Source of the DNA: Chrysomallon squamiferum
Taxonomy: Eukaryota > Animalia > Mollusca
Length of the DNA stretch: 64,000 nt
Assembly: GCA_012295275.1 (NCBI GenBank)
Contig: CM022672.1
Location: 11,346,001-11,410,000 of the forward strand
Direction of reading: 5' to 3'
Below, in pieces: positions 28,124-41,164 of the stretch. Numbering within the stretch: the stretch's first letter is position 1; each line of letters starts with the position of its first letter. The notes under the pieces were generated by a model. It ran no database searches. It saw only the letters and a list, made by a program, of their open reading frames with translations, and had not been told where the DNA came from. Both the position numbers and the translations under genes were made by a program.

Positions 28124-31100
28124 TTAACTCAGCAGGCTTGTACGTTCGTCAGGTTCCACGGTCACGTACACAGGATCATCATCAAGATGTCGAACTAAGG
28201 GATTAATTCTAACACTCATTTCAAATTTGTTAAATTCACGTACGTATGTGAAAAAGAAAAAGAGAAATATCATAGCCATGACCCATTCTCCAGCAGTGCT
28301 TGTAACATGAGCAGCATATCCCTACAAATAGAAAACATTTTTTCTGTTTTTTTAAAAGATAAAAAACAATTATGTAATATTATTATAGGCATGAAATTAT
28401 ATTCTATTGTTTTTCAAAATAAGATGTTGACATAACACACTTGTGAACAATATATCTTGTAAAAAAGAGATATAAAAACTTCTGTTAATTAAAATTACCA
28501 TGAATTGTCTAAACCTTTAATGGTGTATTATATTTTATTGCATATACAGGTACCAGACCAATTATCTGGACTCTTTGGTGCCTGATGCATTCTGGATTTC
28601 TGGATTTTCTGGTACCAAGGCATCTGTATACGTAAATAATTAGGCATAAACATTTTAAAATTAAAAACATAAAGAAAATTGACGATAAACAATTGTGGCA
28701 ACTCAACACATAAACAATGTGGTGAGTAAATGAATGTCACGCGTCTTGAAAGAGTAGTTCCAGTCTGGTGAGGACAACACTCACACATGCAAACTATGAA
28801 AATAGCATTGGGAAAACACTTCCAATTTTCTGGTCTTTCTGGATTTCAGGACGCCGGGTAATTGGTCCAGCACCTGTATATCTGAAGTTAGCATATTAGT
28901 ACTATATGGAAGCAGAGTTATGAATTTAAAATAAAAACAATATCCATAAATGAAGGAATGTTCAAAAACATTACATCATATTTTAATACTGTTATCTATT
29001 ACATGTAGTATCAGTAGTATCATATGAAGAATCCTGTTGTAAAACTTCCAAAGGCTATTCTAACCAATACGTAACAAGGGAACTTAAATGTGGACCTTCC
29101 AATGAACAGGACAGCACATACCATAGGTCTTTGATAAACTAATAATTGTATCTTTCATGCTGCTGTTGTTGACACATTAAACCATGGAGTAAGGTTATAA
29201 GAATAACAAGTTTTATAATTAGTATTAAAATCATACTTACAACATCACCTGGATTCCAGTGAAATTTTGTGTGACGGTGAAATGTTCCAGTGGTTTGATA
29301 GTTTGCTGTGGCAGCACCTACACCAGCTGAAGTGGAAGCTGAGGAAAATATAGAACTAAAAAAAACCATCCTGATAAATTAGACTATATATATAAAATAA
29401 ATCATATCCCATATATTTTATATATATGGTATATGTCATGTTTTTTATTTTAATTGTTTAGCTGTATTTATGTCAGTGTGTAATCTATGATTATATGCAA
29501 TATATTCTTTCTTGCATATACATAATGTTTAATATTTATTAAAGAATATATTAACAGTAATATAGAATAAAATAATGACACGTGATGCAATGCATATTAA
29601 TAAACATATTAATAGTGTATCCCGACAGTAATATAGTCTTTATGGTTGTAAAATATGTCTGATATGTATATATATATATATATTGTTTTTATTTGATTGT
29701 ATAACATATTGTATAAAGATTTATATTTAGCTGTGAGAAAAGAGAAAAAAAGAAAAATGTGTACATAAAATAACTTGAATCCTTTACTGTAACCCTGCAA
29801 TGTTGGTGCTAAACCATTTTGCTACAATATTATAATGAAGGGGCAGCTATAGAACATTCAAAAAAGAAAAAGAAAAAGAAGATAAAAACATATAAATTAT
29901 CCCAAACAGCAAATAAAACATTTAACTTTTGTCTTATTATTATTGATGAATTCAACACATCATTATACCATTTTTCATTATAATGATTACTATGTTATGG
30001 TCGATTGTTATTTAGATGAATTAATCAATCACCAGAAGAAATCATTCACACAATTTAATTGTTTCTACATAAGACAAAATAAAAATGCAGAACCCTGCAA
30101 TCAAAACTATTTGAATTTTGTAGACTTTTAAGTAGGGTACATAAACACTGTATACATTCAGAAAGAAAGTTTTTATTTAATGACAACTTGACACTTTTCA
30201 TTTGTTATATCGCATCAGACAAATATAGTTAAGGACCACACAGATAATGAGAAAAGAAATCTGCTGCTGCCATTTCATGGGCTACTCTTTTCTGATTAGC
30301 ATTTTATCAAGGTATCTTTTATGTGCACCTTTCCACAAAGATAACGGTACATTCCATAGCCTTTGTTTACAGTACTGGCTGAAATGAGAAATCTATATAC
30401 AATATGTTGTATTCTCTCAACCATAGCTTTACACAGTTTATATGAATGCTGCAAACCATTTTGCTACATGAAATGAAAAGGATACTGATGATTAATGCTG
30501 CCAGAGAGATTAGACTTAAAACAAGTCGAATTCTTCCAATGCGCAGTCCATTGTAATCTGGATACATGTGGTATGTGATTGATGTCTGCATGCTAGCGTA
30601 GATGAAACCTCCAACAAACACCATGAAAGCTCCTATGTAATGCAATATTTCCACATCTGTTTTTTCCTGCAACAAATCCATAGATTAATTCTTATTCCTA
30701 AGTATACTACAATATTGGAAGAATTTTCTTCAAAATATTGATATTTATTTATTAATAACTGATTCAATGACTTGATTTGGTCACAAACTGTAAATTTATT
30801 TTGTGTTTATTGTCAATGATTTAACAATAGTTATTAAAAAAAGAGATAATAATATGTACAAAAAAATGTTTGTTTGCATCTTGATAACATGAATAATGTT
30901 ATATATATATATATATATATATATGACACATAAATAATTTTATTTAATCATTTAGTCAATATATTGAACAAAAACTCCTATTTGTTTGCATCTTGATAAT
31001 ATGTGCATTATATATATAATTATTATAAATATGATTAGCACATAAAGTAATTTTATTTAATCATTTAGTCATAATTTTAATTTAAATCCTTACAAAAAAG

Positions 31101-32596
31101 CATGATTTTCTACAACACATCCAATAAGAAAATATTTTGTGAAAATGAATTTATGGTCAAAAAGAAAACGAAAAAGAGAAAACAAATGTACTAAAATTTC
31201 ATTAAGCTGTGAAAACATTCATATGTACACGTGTGCATGTATATGTATATATGTGCATATGTGTGTGTGATCTGGTACCTGAAAATTGGCCACCATTGAA
31301 CATCCCAGAGCAGCCAACACCCCAAGTACAAATGTTGTGCAATTCATTCTCCATAACCAGTGGTCTTCAGAGCTTCCAAGGCAATTAATAATTTTAAATC
31401 GAATATACATTGTGCAAAATGCTGAAAGATAATAGGCTTACATGAAAAATATACTTGTGCACAAATAAGAAACTTTAACAATGATTTATTATTAGCTGTA
31501 GCAGTAGCAACATTATAGTGGATTTCTTCTTATTACAACAACTAGTATTACTGCTACTATAACAGTTAGTACTATTACTTGTACTATTATATCATTATTT
31601 CTATTACTACTACTATCACCACCAACACCACTAGTCTGGTGCTATCACTAATACGGCTACTGATACAATTACTACTACTACTACTACTACTACTACTGCT
31701 ACTTGTATTCTTATGGGTGGAGTTTGAAAAAATACTATGGTATCAGAAAGTACATGCTTTGTGCTGATAACTGTGCATTATAATGTTTTATTAATAAGAA
31801 TAATATTTATATTCGTAAGAATGCAAACATCAAAACAGTTTATATAAGATAAAATGTGAATAAGGTACAAATAACAATATGGCTACCAAAAAATGAAGCT
31901 AGGTTGAGAAACTGAGCAAACACTTTACTCTCAGGACCTTCAGCTCCTGTGTCACTGAAAAACAACAAAAAAACAAAAAACAACTAAAAATGAAAATCTA
32001 CAAAGATAAATCAATAACCTAGAAATACTTTAAAAAGTTTAATTTTAATCTGTTATTCTGAAAAATACTGTTTCCGTCAGTTATAAAATTGATACTGTGC
32101 TACAGGGTAACTGAATATAATTTTTGATAATATTTCTAACAATTAGGGCACTGAATCAATCATTTTGAGACTTCCATTCTGAAATTACTACGAACATATA
32201 TATTTCTGTGACAGTTAAATTAAGAAGAATTTTATTTTTTTTAAATATTTGTTAACATATTGATATATCTGCAACATGTCTAGTGCCTTTTAAAAATTGT
32301 CTTAAAAACCTATTTCTGTTATTTCTTTCTTTCTTCTTCTTATTTTTTTTTTTACAATTTGAACAACCCTCAGTTTTGAACTCAGTATATTCAGTTATTT
32401 GTATGCTAAATTAATTTAATAAAATATACTCTTTTTTTCACTGAGTACTATGATGCCTGTCAAAATTATTTTACCTGATGTAAGGAAATGCTGCTGAGAC
32501 ATCGTTACGGACCACGGCAATTATGTATGATATTAAAATAGTGCCAGAGGCTAGTAAAATCATAGATATAGGAATAAAACCAAGCCATGAAGCCAT
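28124..32596 (-). CDS. DRAM2: DNA damage-regulated autophagy modulator (DRAM/Frag1 family) lysosomal multi-pass membrane protein, ~265-269 aa
   Basis: Exons 32596-32475, 31954-31887, 31421-31279, 30666-30486, 29326 (or 29338)-29241, 28321-28124. Motifs FPYISDTG, FAQFLN, VANFQ, LHYIGA, KFHWNPGD.GY..H..ST..EW and FFTYVREF. C-terminal acidic dileucine ERTSLL as in DRAM2. Orthology to DRAM1 vs DRAM2 is not resolved. Confidence 0.92.
28547..28876. mobile_element. Tc1/mariner/pogo-type MITE in the last DRAM intron
   Basis: TA|CAGGTACCAGACCAATTATC ... GGTAATTGGTCCAGCACCTG|TA: imperfect ~20-bp TIRs with CAG..CTG ends and TA target duplication; internal TCTGGA repeats. Confidence 0.75.
29050..29140 (-). 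mobile_element. SINE relic (Meta-domain-like)
   Basis: ACAGGACAGCACATACCATAGGTCTTTGATAA resembles the other copies at 30230, 41165 and 58118. Confidence 0.5.
29327..30485 (-). other. U12-type (minor spliceosome) GT-AG intron in DRAM
   Basis: 5' splice site GTATCCTTTT (30485-30476) matches the U12 consensus RTATCCTTT. A branch-like TTTCCTCAG lies ~12 nt upstream of the in-frame AG at 29328-29327. Confidence 0.8.
30228..30385 (-). mobile_element. tRNA-derived SINE relic with Meta-domain-like core
   Basis: GTTAAGGACCACACAGATAATGAGA...TTCATGGGCTACTCTTTTCTGATTAGCA...TCTTTTATGTGCACC...CATAGCCTTTG. Resembles the mollusc MetaSINE core (recalled from memory, not searched) and is repeated within the window. 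Confidence 0.65.
30870..31072. repeat. ~112-bp tandem duplication in DRAM intron 3
   Basis: TTTGTTTGCATCTTGATAA...ACATAAA..TAATTTTATTTAATCATTTAGTCA occurs twice. Confidence 0.8.
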
Positions 32597-33529
32597 TTTC
32601 AGTTATTCATACATCAACTGAAATATAAGATTTAAAAAACATAACATTACATCATTAACATGTTTAAAATAATAAATAAATAAATAATATTAATCATAAT
32701 AGATTTGTTTAGTTGTTGTTTTTTTCTTCTTTTTTTTCTTTTTTTTTCATGTTGTTGGTTTTAGGTTTTATTCAATTGCTATGTATCAATCAATAAAGGG
32801 TTTCTGAAATTTGAAAAATAAAATTTGTTTGCATAATTTTCATAAAAAATTAATATGATACAAAGCCAGGGTGAAAACTGTGGTGATTAAGAAAATAAAT
32901 AACACAATTTGAGTTCATGATAGCAAAATCCACCTGAATACAATAATTATTTTTACTGTAAATAACTGTTTACTGTCATACATTATTACTATCTCCAACT
33001 TGTCGCATGTGCAATAATTTGGAAGAATAAAAAGTTTTTTTATCAACTATCAAGGATAATATTTAAGTTTTATGCAGACATCACATGCAAATTTGAAACA
33101 ATACATGTACTGTTATTAATTTTATATTTATTTTATACATGAAATGGTTAGCACTTGTGGTTATAATCACAAGTTCATTACACTTTTACTGCATTAATTT
33201 ATGTTTAGATATGTAAAATAATATTATGCTAATTACAATTTGTATAAATGCACATTTTCATGTTCTGTGTTGTTTGCGTGTACCAATTAATACACGTGAA
33301 AGCAGATGTACATTACGTAAATTTATAGCATTTAACTGTTTTTATAAATTAAAAAAATTTAAAAAGTAATAAAAAAATCAATAATAATAATTTAAAAAAA
33401 CATTAAGAGAAATACAGGACAAAACAACATAAACAAATAAAATTAGCAACAATAAATTAATCAGCTATATAACAGAATTATATATATAATTATATATATA
33501 TATATATCATTTTAACCAAGAAACAAAAG

Positions 33530-34400
33530 AAAGAAACGTACTTTCACTTTCGCAGTGGAATCCACTAAATCCTTCCTTCTGCGTTTTGTTAATAAACATC
33601 TATTATTTTATTGTAGACTTTATATTTTATATTTATCATCATCATATATTTATTACACATACGTACAAAATATGAGATAGCCGATTCGTAACTATCACAT
33701 GAACCTACATGTGATAATTATTGCTCGTTATCTTATTTTGTCGGTCCAGGGGGAAAACAAATCTATAATTAAAGCTACTCAGCTAGTTTTTAAGTTTACA
33801 AGAATTGTATCAAACAGTTAAATAATATTAATTTCTGGCCGATCAAAACAACATATATATTTAACATACCGTCGTCTTTATTCAGTCAATAAACGCGATG
33901 TATTTATCTTTTCTTTTTTTACGTCCTCAAAACAAGTTAATGCGGAACACTTTCTGTCGCACATGCACCATTTTGTTTACTGGTGTGCTGGTATAGTTTG
34001 TGGACTGGTTTGGCGAGAGGTTAAGGCGGAAATACACCGATCCATGAATAATTAGATTAATTTCATTGATTTATCATAAGGCGAATGAAAAAGTGCATAT
34101 TTTAATTTTCGATGGTAACAAAGAAAACAGAACAGTAACAGTAGTAATACATTTTTAAAAATTAAATAATTGTGAAAAGAAGATTGGTTATAAATACGGG
34201 AACCGTATTTGCAAATTACCTTAACATTAACGTATTAAGTGATTAATAACGACAAACAAATAATTTTTTGTGTAATTTGTAAGGGCGTATTTTTATTAGA
34301 ATTTTATTAGAATTTTTATATTAAATAATTCAGTTAATAATATATAAATGAAAATAACGGTCGATGTATTTTTTCGACTGATATGTATATATACTGTCAA
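33530..34400. promoter_or_regulatory. Probable bidirectional promoter shared by DRAM (-) and CRYZ copy 1 (+)
   Basis: CpG-retaining patch between head-to-head genes. Minus-strand donor ACG|GTATGT at ~33869 fits a non-coding DRAM exon. Both ATG-bearing exons begin with acceptors (32618 and 34687). Confidence 0.55.
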
Positions 34401-34727
34401 CTTAAATATGAAAATGGACAAAAGATACTTGTCATACACCACGAAACAATAACAAAAACAACTACAAATAAATTAAAAAAAAATAAATATCAAAATCAAA
34501 TTTGTATGCAAAGATTCCATGATGATAAATTAGAAGGCTAATACATGAACAATTTAATTAACTAATATTTTTGGTAAAATTACTTATATAATATTGGTTA
34601 TATCATATCAAATATGATAAAAAGCTTCATTCTCTGATTAATTACTTCATTTCATAATTTACTAACTGAAATATATTTTGATTTCAGGAAATCATCTTTG
34701 AAATTGTAAGAAATTAATTTATCAGCA

Positions 34728-37700
34728 ATGAAGGCAATACGTGTGCCAAAGTTTGGTGGACCAGATGTTCTTCAGTTTGAAGAAAATGTAGAAATTCCAA
34801 AACCAAAGAAAAATGAGGTTGTCATTTTATAATTGTTCAACTTATTTTTTACCATATGTATGATTTTATAACAGTTTAAATGTTCAATGTTGTAGATGAC
34901 ATTGTTGAGCTAGTTACTGAATTAAAAATCATGTAAAAAGCATTAATAATTAATTTTCTAGTATAATGACAATAAATATAAATGTATTAAAACAAATCAT
35001 TTACAGAATAAACCATAAATCTGAAAAAAATGTTAATGAATTTTAACAAAATATAATAATATACAGATGAATGACAAGGTTTCAGTTACATCAGATCTTT
35101 ATGACATGGTTATATTGTGAAACTCAAGCACACTGCATATGTTTCAGGTTCTGATAAAAGTGATGGCTATTGGTGTAAATCCGGTAGAGACATACATCCG
35201 AGCTGGACAGTGGGGAGGTGATTTGCCTTACACCCCAGGAACTGATGCTGCTGGTGTTGTAGAAAGTGTTGGTTCTGGAGTGAAAAGATTTCAGGTTCTT
35301 GCCTTTCTCTGCCATTTTCCAGTTCTGATAATAACTCTGAACTTATGTAACACTTCGTTTCATTATTATTATTATTTTTTTAAATTTACATTTGAATATC
35401 ATCTGTCTGAATAAGTGGATGGGTACAAGAATATTATAATCTTTTTAATGTTAATAGATTCACTGTTTAATAAACATTTTAAATGTGTCATGATGTTTCA
35501 GAAGAAATTACTTCAGACACTCTGTTTTTTGTCATTTAGCAGCAAGAACCTCTCTGAAAACAACAGCCATCACTAAATTACATAGAGAGCAAGAGCTGGA
35601 ATGTGAATTAACCCAATGGAAGCATGTAGGAGAATTGATACTCAACAGATTATTCCTCAGCCTACTGCTCTGACATTGACTATATGAAAACCTGGCCTTG
35701 TAAATACAGCAAGTTTGAAATTTATGAAAGTTTTGTGTTAATTATGTTTAATATTGAAATTACAGAAAGGCGACAGAGTGCTGACAGTACGCAGTCGATC
35801 AGGAGCATACGCAGAATTCACAGCTGTAGATGAAACATTTGTATGTCATCTTCATGACAGACTTTCTTTTGACCAAGGAGCTGCAATGGGAATTCCTTAC
35901 TATACTGCTTACAGATGCTTAATATTCAGGTATCTGTCAACTGTCCATTGCCCAGAATTTTTAGGGAGAAATCATAAAATAGTCTACAGAGTTTCTTTAT
36001 AAGGAAAGTAAACTAAATTTTTATTAAATGTAGATTAAATTGTACTTTGTATATGTATACTCAGTTGATATTTTGTTAAAAAAATAAAAAAACATTAAAA
36101 AGAAATAATAATTATTTAATAAATAAATAAATAAATAAATAAATAAAACTTTAAAAACCCCTAAAAACACCCCTGATTATTAAATTTCAGAAATTAAGTT
36201 GTTGATCTCACTATGAACCATGATTTTATTTCTAAGCTTTGTGCTTATACATAGTAACTATGGTCTCCATCAATATTTTGATTGTATCAATGTAAAATGT
36301 TATTTATTGTAAAATTAAAATTGTGTTTCATTTGTACTAAAATACTATGCAGACAGTAATGGAATCTAGAAAATGCCAAAATAAACTTACAGATATTTTA
36401 GTTATATTTATTTTCAAGAGCAAATGCAAAAGAAGGGGAAACGGTTCTGGTTCATGGTGCCAGTGGAGGGGTAAGCTATTTTATTTATTTATGTTTTTTA
36501 ATGGGTAAAAATACCTGTTTTCAGTTTGTTTATTTTAAATGAAGGATAGTAAATATATAATTAAATAATTTTGAAAATGGATTTTCAGTTAATTTTATAA
36601 TTACTACAAAAAATTGTACTCTTTCATTTTTGGTGGACTTTTTGGAAATAATTTCCTTTTAATTCAGTTGTAAGTATTTTTTAAATGTCAGTGACTTAAG
36701 GAGATATTTTTTTTGTGAGAATGTTATTTATTATTAACAACCTTGTGAAAAATTAGGCATTCTTGATTTTTTTTTTTGGATAAATATAAAATCTTGATTG
36801 TTTTACTAAAATTATGATCATTTTTAATAAATAAAATGTATATTTTGAGGTTGGGACAGCCTGCATTCAGATTGCAAAGGCTCATGGGATGCGAGTGTTT
36901 GGTACAGCAGGTTCTGAGGCTGGGCTTGAGTTGGTTAAGAATCTAGGAGCAGACAAAGTTTTTAATCACAAAGAAAAAGGATACACAAATAAAATAATGG
37001 TATTATCTTTTGTTTTACACTGGATATATGCATTCTCTCTTGTAATAGAAACAAAACAAAACAGCGGTTTCCACAGTTACTTACAGTAAAGCTTCAAATT
37101 ACTTTAGCTCTAAATATCTTTAAGAAAATTTAAAAAATAGTTAAAAAAATAGAATAATTTAAATGGAATGTTCTAGAATTTATTTATTTTTTTAAATACA
37201 TTCTTTTACAAACATACTGGCAGTTAATCAAGAAATGATCAGAGGAAAAAATGTTTAAAAACAAAAAAGTAATTTTCTTTTACCATATTTATCAACTTGA
37301 ATTTTAAAAGTGAATATTTTGTTATTTTTATTATCATCTATTAAGTAATGAAAATGAAATGGCATGCATCTATTTAATAAGAAAGCTAAGTATGTGTCTG
37401 TTTGCATATACACTTAGTTTGGAAAAGTCTTTCTTCAGATAGCTGCTTAGGTCACACAAAATTAACCATATGTTTTACAGCATCCACTGATGAATTTTGA
37501 GAATAAAGTACAATATACAGTTTTATAATTACAGACAGCAACTAAAGGCAATGGAGTTGATGTAATAATTGAAATGATGGCTCATCTCAACTTACCAAAA
37601 GATTTGGACATGATTAACTACCATGGACGCATAGTGGTTTGCTGTTTTTTCTATTCAGTTTTTACTGTTGCATAGATTTAAAGATTTCTTGTTATATATC

Positions 37701-38839
37701 AAACAAACAAACAAACAAACAAAATGAAGAGTATAATAAATGAAATAAAATCTGAAAATTTCAGATGAAGAACAGACAGATATGATTACTGAACAGTAAA
37801 ATATTGTATTTGTATGAAAGATGATAAAGATTTTATTTTAATTTTCACTGATACTAAATTTATTATGGAAGTTAAAAAACAGAGACAAAAAAAAGAAAGG
37901 ATAATTATTTGGATTAATAATGAAAATAACTTTTGAAAATTACTTTTGTAAAACAACAATTTAGTATGAAATTAATAAATTTGCTACATATTTGGAAACT
38001 CCACTTTCCTGTGTTTATTTCTCTGGATATTAGAATGTTGGTGCAAAAGGTGAAGTGAAGATAAATCCAGGATTGACTCTGGGCAAGGAATGTGTTATAA
38101 CTGGTGTAGCTATCTTGTCTTCTTCTGAGGTAACATTGCAGATGTCTCTTAAACACAGTAGTTATATAAAAAACACCCAATCTCTTATATTTACCTATTA
38201 ATATCATAGTTTATATATATATGTATATATGACATTGTAATAGGATTTTAAGTCATACTTTACTCATTGTACTGCTATGTACATTATTCATGATGTATAG
38301 ATAGTTAAGTATGGTTAAAGGACAATAAAATTGTAAATAAAAAGGTCTGTGTGAATAATTAAATAAAGACATTTTTCCTTCTATCTCAAAAGGCTGCAGA
38401 TAATTTCTGTTCTACTCCTGTTACTTCATGGACTACTCTTTCATTGTTAGAACCAAGGGAGCTCATATGTACACATTTGTTTTTAAGATTTGCATATTCA
38501 CTGAATTTTAATTATTTTTTGGTATCAGTACTTTTAATTACAGTGATTTAAAATTTGAAATGTAATTCACCATTTTAAAAAATTGTACTCTTATCATTGG
38601 AACATATTGAGTGTTTTTTTATTACCCCAGTTAAAATTTGGCATATTTTATATTTTTATTTATTTTTTATTTTCCAGGCAGATGTGATGAAGATGCACAA
38701 AGCAATGGAAGCAGGGATGGAAGAAGGATGGATTGACCCATACATCAGTAAAATCTACCCTCTTAACAGTGCAAGTGAGGCCCATGAAGAGATAGTAAAG
38801 AAGAAAAGTGCTCTTGGAAAAATTGTTTTACATCCTTGA
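34728..38839 (+). CDS. CRYZ: Quinone oxidoreductase / zeta-crystallin (NADPH:quinone reductase, MDR family), copy 1, ~320 aa
   Basis: Exons 34728-34817, 35148-35294, 35766-35929, 36419-36470, 36850-36999, 37535-37636, 38034-38129, 38678-38839 (963 nt). Motifs [55 protein letters not shown] (nucleotide-binding loop), [13 protein letters not shown]. Confidence 0.95.
38395..38480 (-). mobile_element. SINE relic (Meta-domain-like)
   Basis: CTTCATGGACTACTCTTTC...TTAGAACCAAGGGAGCTCATATGTACAC is similar to the 30228-30385 copy. Confidence 0.5.
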
Positions 38840-40305
38840 CATTTTAACAGTGTTACTGTTGATGTCACTATATTTTTTTAACATTATGCCATAAAACATC
38901 AATTTATTCATGTGGTCACAGTGGTCATATTTAACATTTGTTTCGTTAAAATCAGAATGTTTTATTCAAATTTATGAAGATTTTAGATTCAGAATGACAT
39001 TAAAATGCCAGGTATATAAGCAGAAAATGTTTTTGGAAGTTTTATGGAATTCTTTGTGAATGCCGACATTGCTGCAAATGGTCTCCAAGTTATGGTTACT
39101 GGCAAATATTCAATGAAAAAGATTACTTGTGGATCAGTGTCAGAATGCAAACACAGACTTACTAATAATGTCACAGGTTTTCATTTTCAGAGAAATTTTC
39201 TAGACGCATGTTGAAACCGAGACACTGAAATGTTTTGTTATTTTACTTAGCATTTGTTCTTCATTCTTTTAGGTTTGTTGTTATATAATAAAAAACAAGT
39301 GTTCTAAACATAACTGTATCTCTGTTTTTGATGATTCAGTCTACTACATGGTCCATGTTTTCAGTTTTCTTTCTAGTAGGGACCTCAAATGAAATGGGTA
39401 ATTGTGTCAGTTGATATAAATGAATGAAAAGTACAGAGGGACCAGTTGATTAAAATAATAAATATTATAAAATAATTAATTAATATAATTTCACATTACA
39501 CTATTTTGTAAGTAAGTTGTATGTTCCAGCAATATTTGTTTTTGAACAAGTAATAATTAATATGCTTTGTAAAGGAAAGAAAAGTATAATAAAGCTGAAC
39601 CATGTATTTGTACATGGTATATTTTGAGATTGTTATCTGATAAATAATGTTAACACTGAAAACAAACATCATTTACAAAATTAAATATAAAATAAATATG
39701 ATGTTATAAATGTGAAACATAATAATAAAATTTTAAAAAAATATCAAAAAATAAATTTAAATAAAATAATGAATAATAGAAAATAAAAAATAAAATAATC
39801 ATTAATAAATAAAATTATGACAGAAAATGAAATATATGTTTATTATGCTGTCACAAGTGCATAATATAGATGAAACTATTGCAGCTAATAATAACAATAT
39901 GCAACAACATGTATCTGAAAAAACAGCTTATGACATATGATATCTGGATCTGCTTTATTATTATTATTTATTTATATATTAAATCTAAACTTGATGAAGA
40001 TCATTACATATTTATACATATCTGAAATTTTATATAATTGTAAACCCATTCCCATAATTTCTCAATGAGAATTCCATTACAGTATTAGTTAACTTCAGTT
40101 TATTTATTTATCACTAAATTTATTTTTTTAAATCTATTTATCTATCTATATATATACTCTAACAAAAAAGAGATGCAAAAGCAGATTTTATTGACATTGG
40201 GAATAAGCAGCAAAATGTGAACATTTTACACACACTTTCACAATTCATTAATATTGATGGTATTACACTGAAAAGGTTAAAGTTCAAGGTTATAGCAGTA
40301 TAATA

Positions 40306-40580
40306 TCAATACCTTGTGTGCCTACCATGGGAGTTCAGAACTGCCTGACATCTCCTTCCCATGGCAGTAATGACATTACAAATTACACCTTGTGGTATGG
40401 TGGCCCACTGTCTGTAGTAATAATGCCAACTGAGCACGATTCTGTGGCTGTGGTTGATGCTGCCTTAGTCGTCTATCCAACTCGTCCCATAAATGCTCTA
40501 TACTATAGGGTTCAAATCCAGAGATTTAGAATGTTATGTGTCAGTTTACAATAGTTATCTAAGAAATCTACCATTTTGCG
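40306..40580 (-). mobile_element. Tc1-family transposase C-terminal relic (pseudogenised)
   Basis: With two frameshifts the minus strand reads SLDLNPI/EHLWDELDRRLRQHQPQPQNRAQLALLLQT/WATIPQGVICNVITAMGRRCQAVLNSHGRHTRY*. This is the classic SPDLNPIEHLW...W..IP...M.RR..AV...G..TKY end of Tc1 DD34E transposases. Confidence 0.88.
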
Positions 40581-40619
40581 TTTCTTTTTTGGGAGAGTAT
40601 ATATATATATATATATATA

Positions 40620-40804
40620 ATCTTTGAAATCGGTAATAACACGCGACCTAATTAATTATACGGTATTTAATACTAACAAAACTGTTTAAGTTTCTTAAGG
40701 TCAAGGACTTGACCACAGTTGGTTGATAATACTTTTTAATTACAGGCTATAACAAACATCAGCAGCCTCGCTATTTTGCTTGAAAAATAACAAAAGCTGT
40801 AAGT
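40620..40804 (+). promoter_or_regulatory. Putative promoter and non-coding first exon of CRYZ copy 2
   Basis: Local CpG retention; donor GCT|GTAAGT at 40799; acceptors at 41347 and 41385 upstream of ATG 41420. Confidence 0.45.
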
Positions 40805-41164
40805 TATCAAATATATCATAAGAAACACAAAAAAAGATGTTCTTGTTAAATGTTATGTGTAGTGTTTATAAAATTAGGTCATGACAAAAGTCTCCTAACC
40901 AGATCTGAAAAACGGGCAAGATTATATAGCTTCTAAAAACGAAAATCATAAACTTTAATTTAATTAATTAATTAATTTATTTTTATTTTTTATTAGCCAC
41001 ATGATAAAATATATAAAATAAAGTTGCAGGTACTGTGTTTAAATATAGCTGAGATTTATTTATTTATTTATTCGTTTGTTTATTTGTTTATTTAAGCAAA
41101 CAGATATAATATTTCTCCTTCCAGGCAGATTTTTTTAGCAGAAATATTGCCATCTTTGTATTAA

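Noticed and set aside
29339-29372. Acceptor TTATCAG|G at 29371 and the ORF start MVFFSS as part of DRAM exon 5
   Set aside because: Its phase is incompatible with the exon 4 donor; the downstream AGs restore frame and family length.
40318-40554. Plus-strand 78-aa ORF between the CRYZ copies
   Set aside because: It is the antisense of the Tc1 transposase relic.
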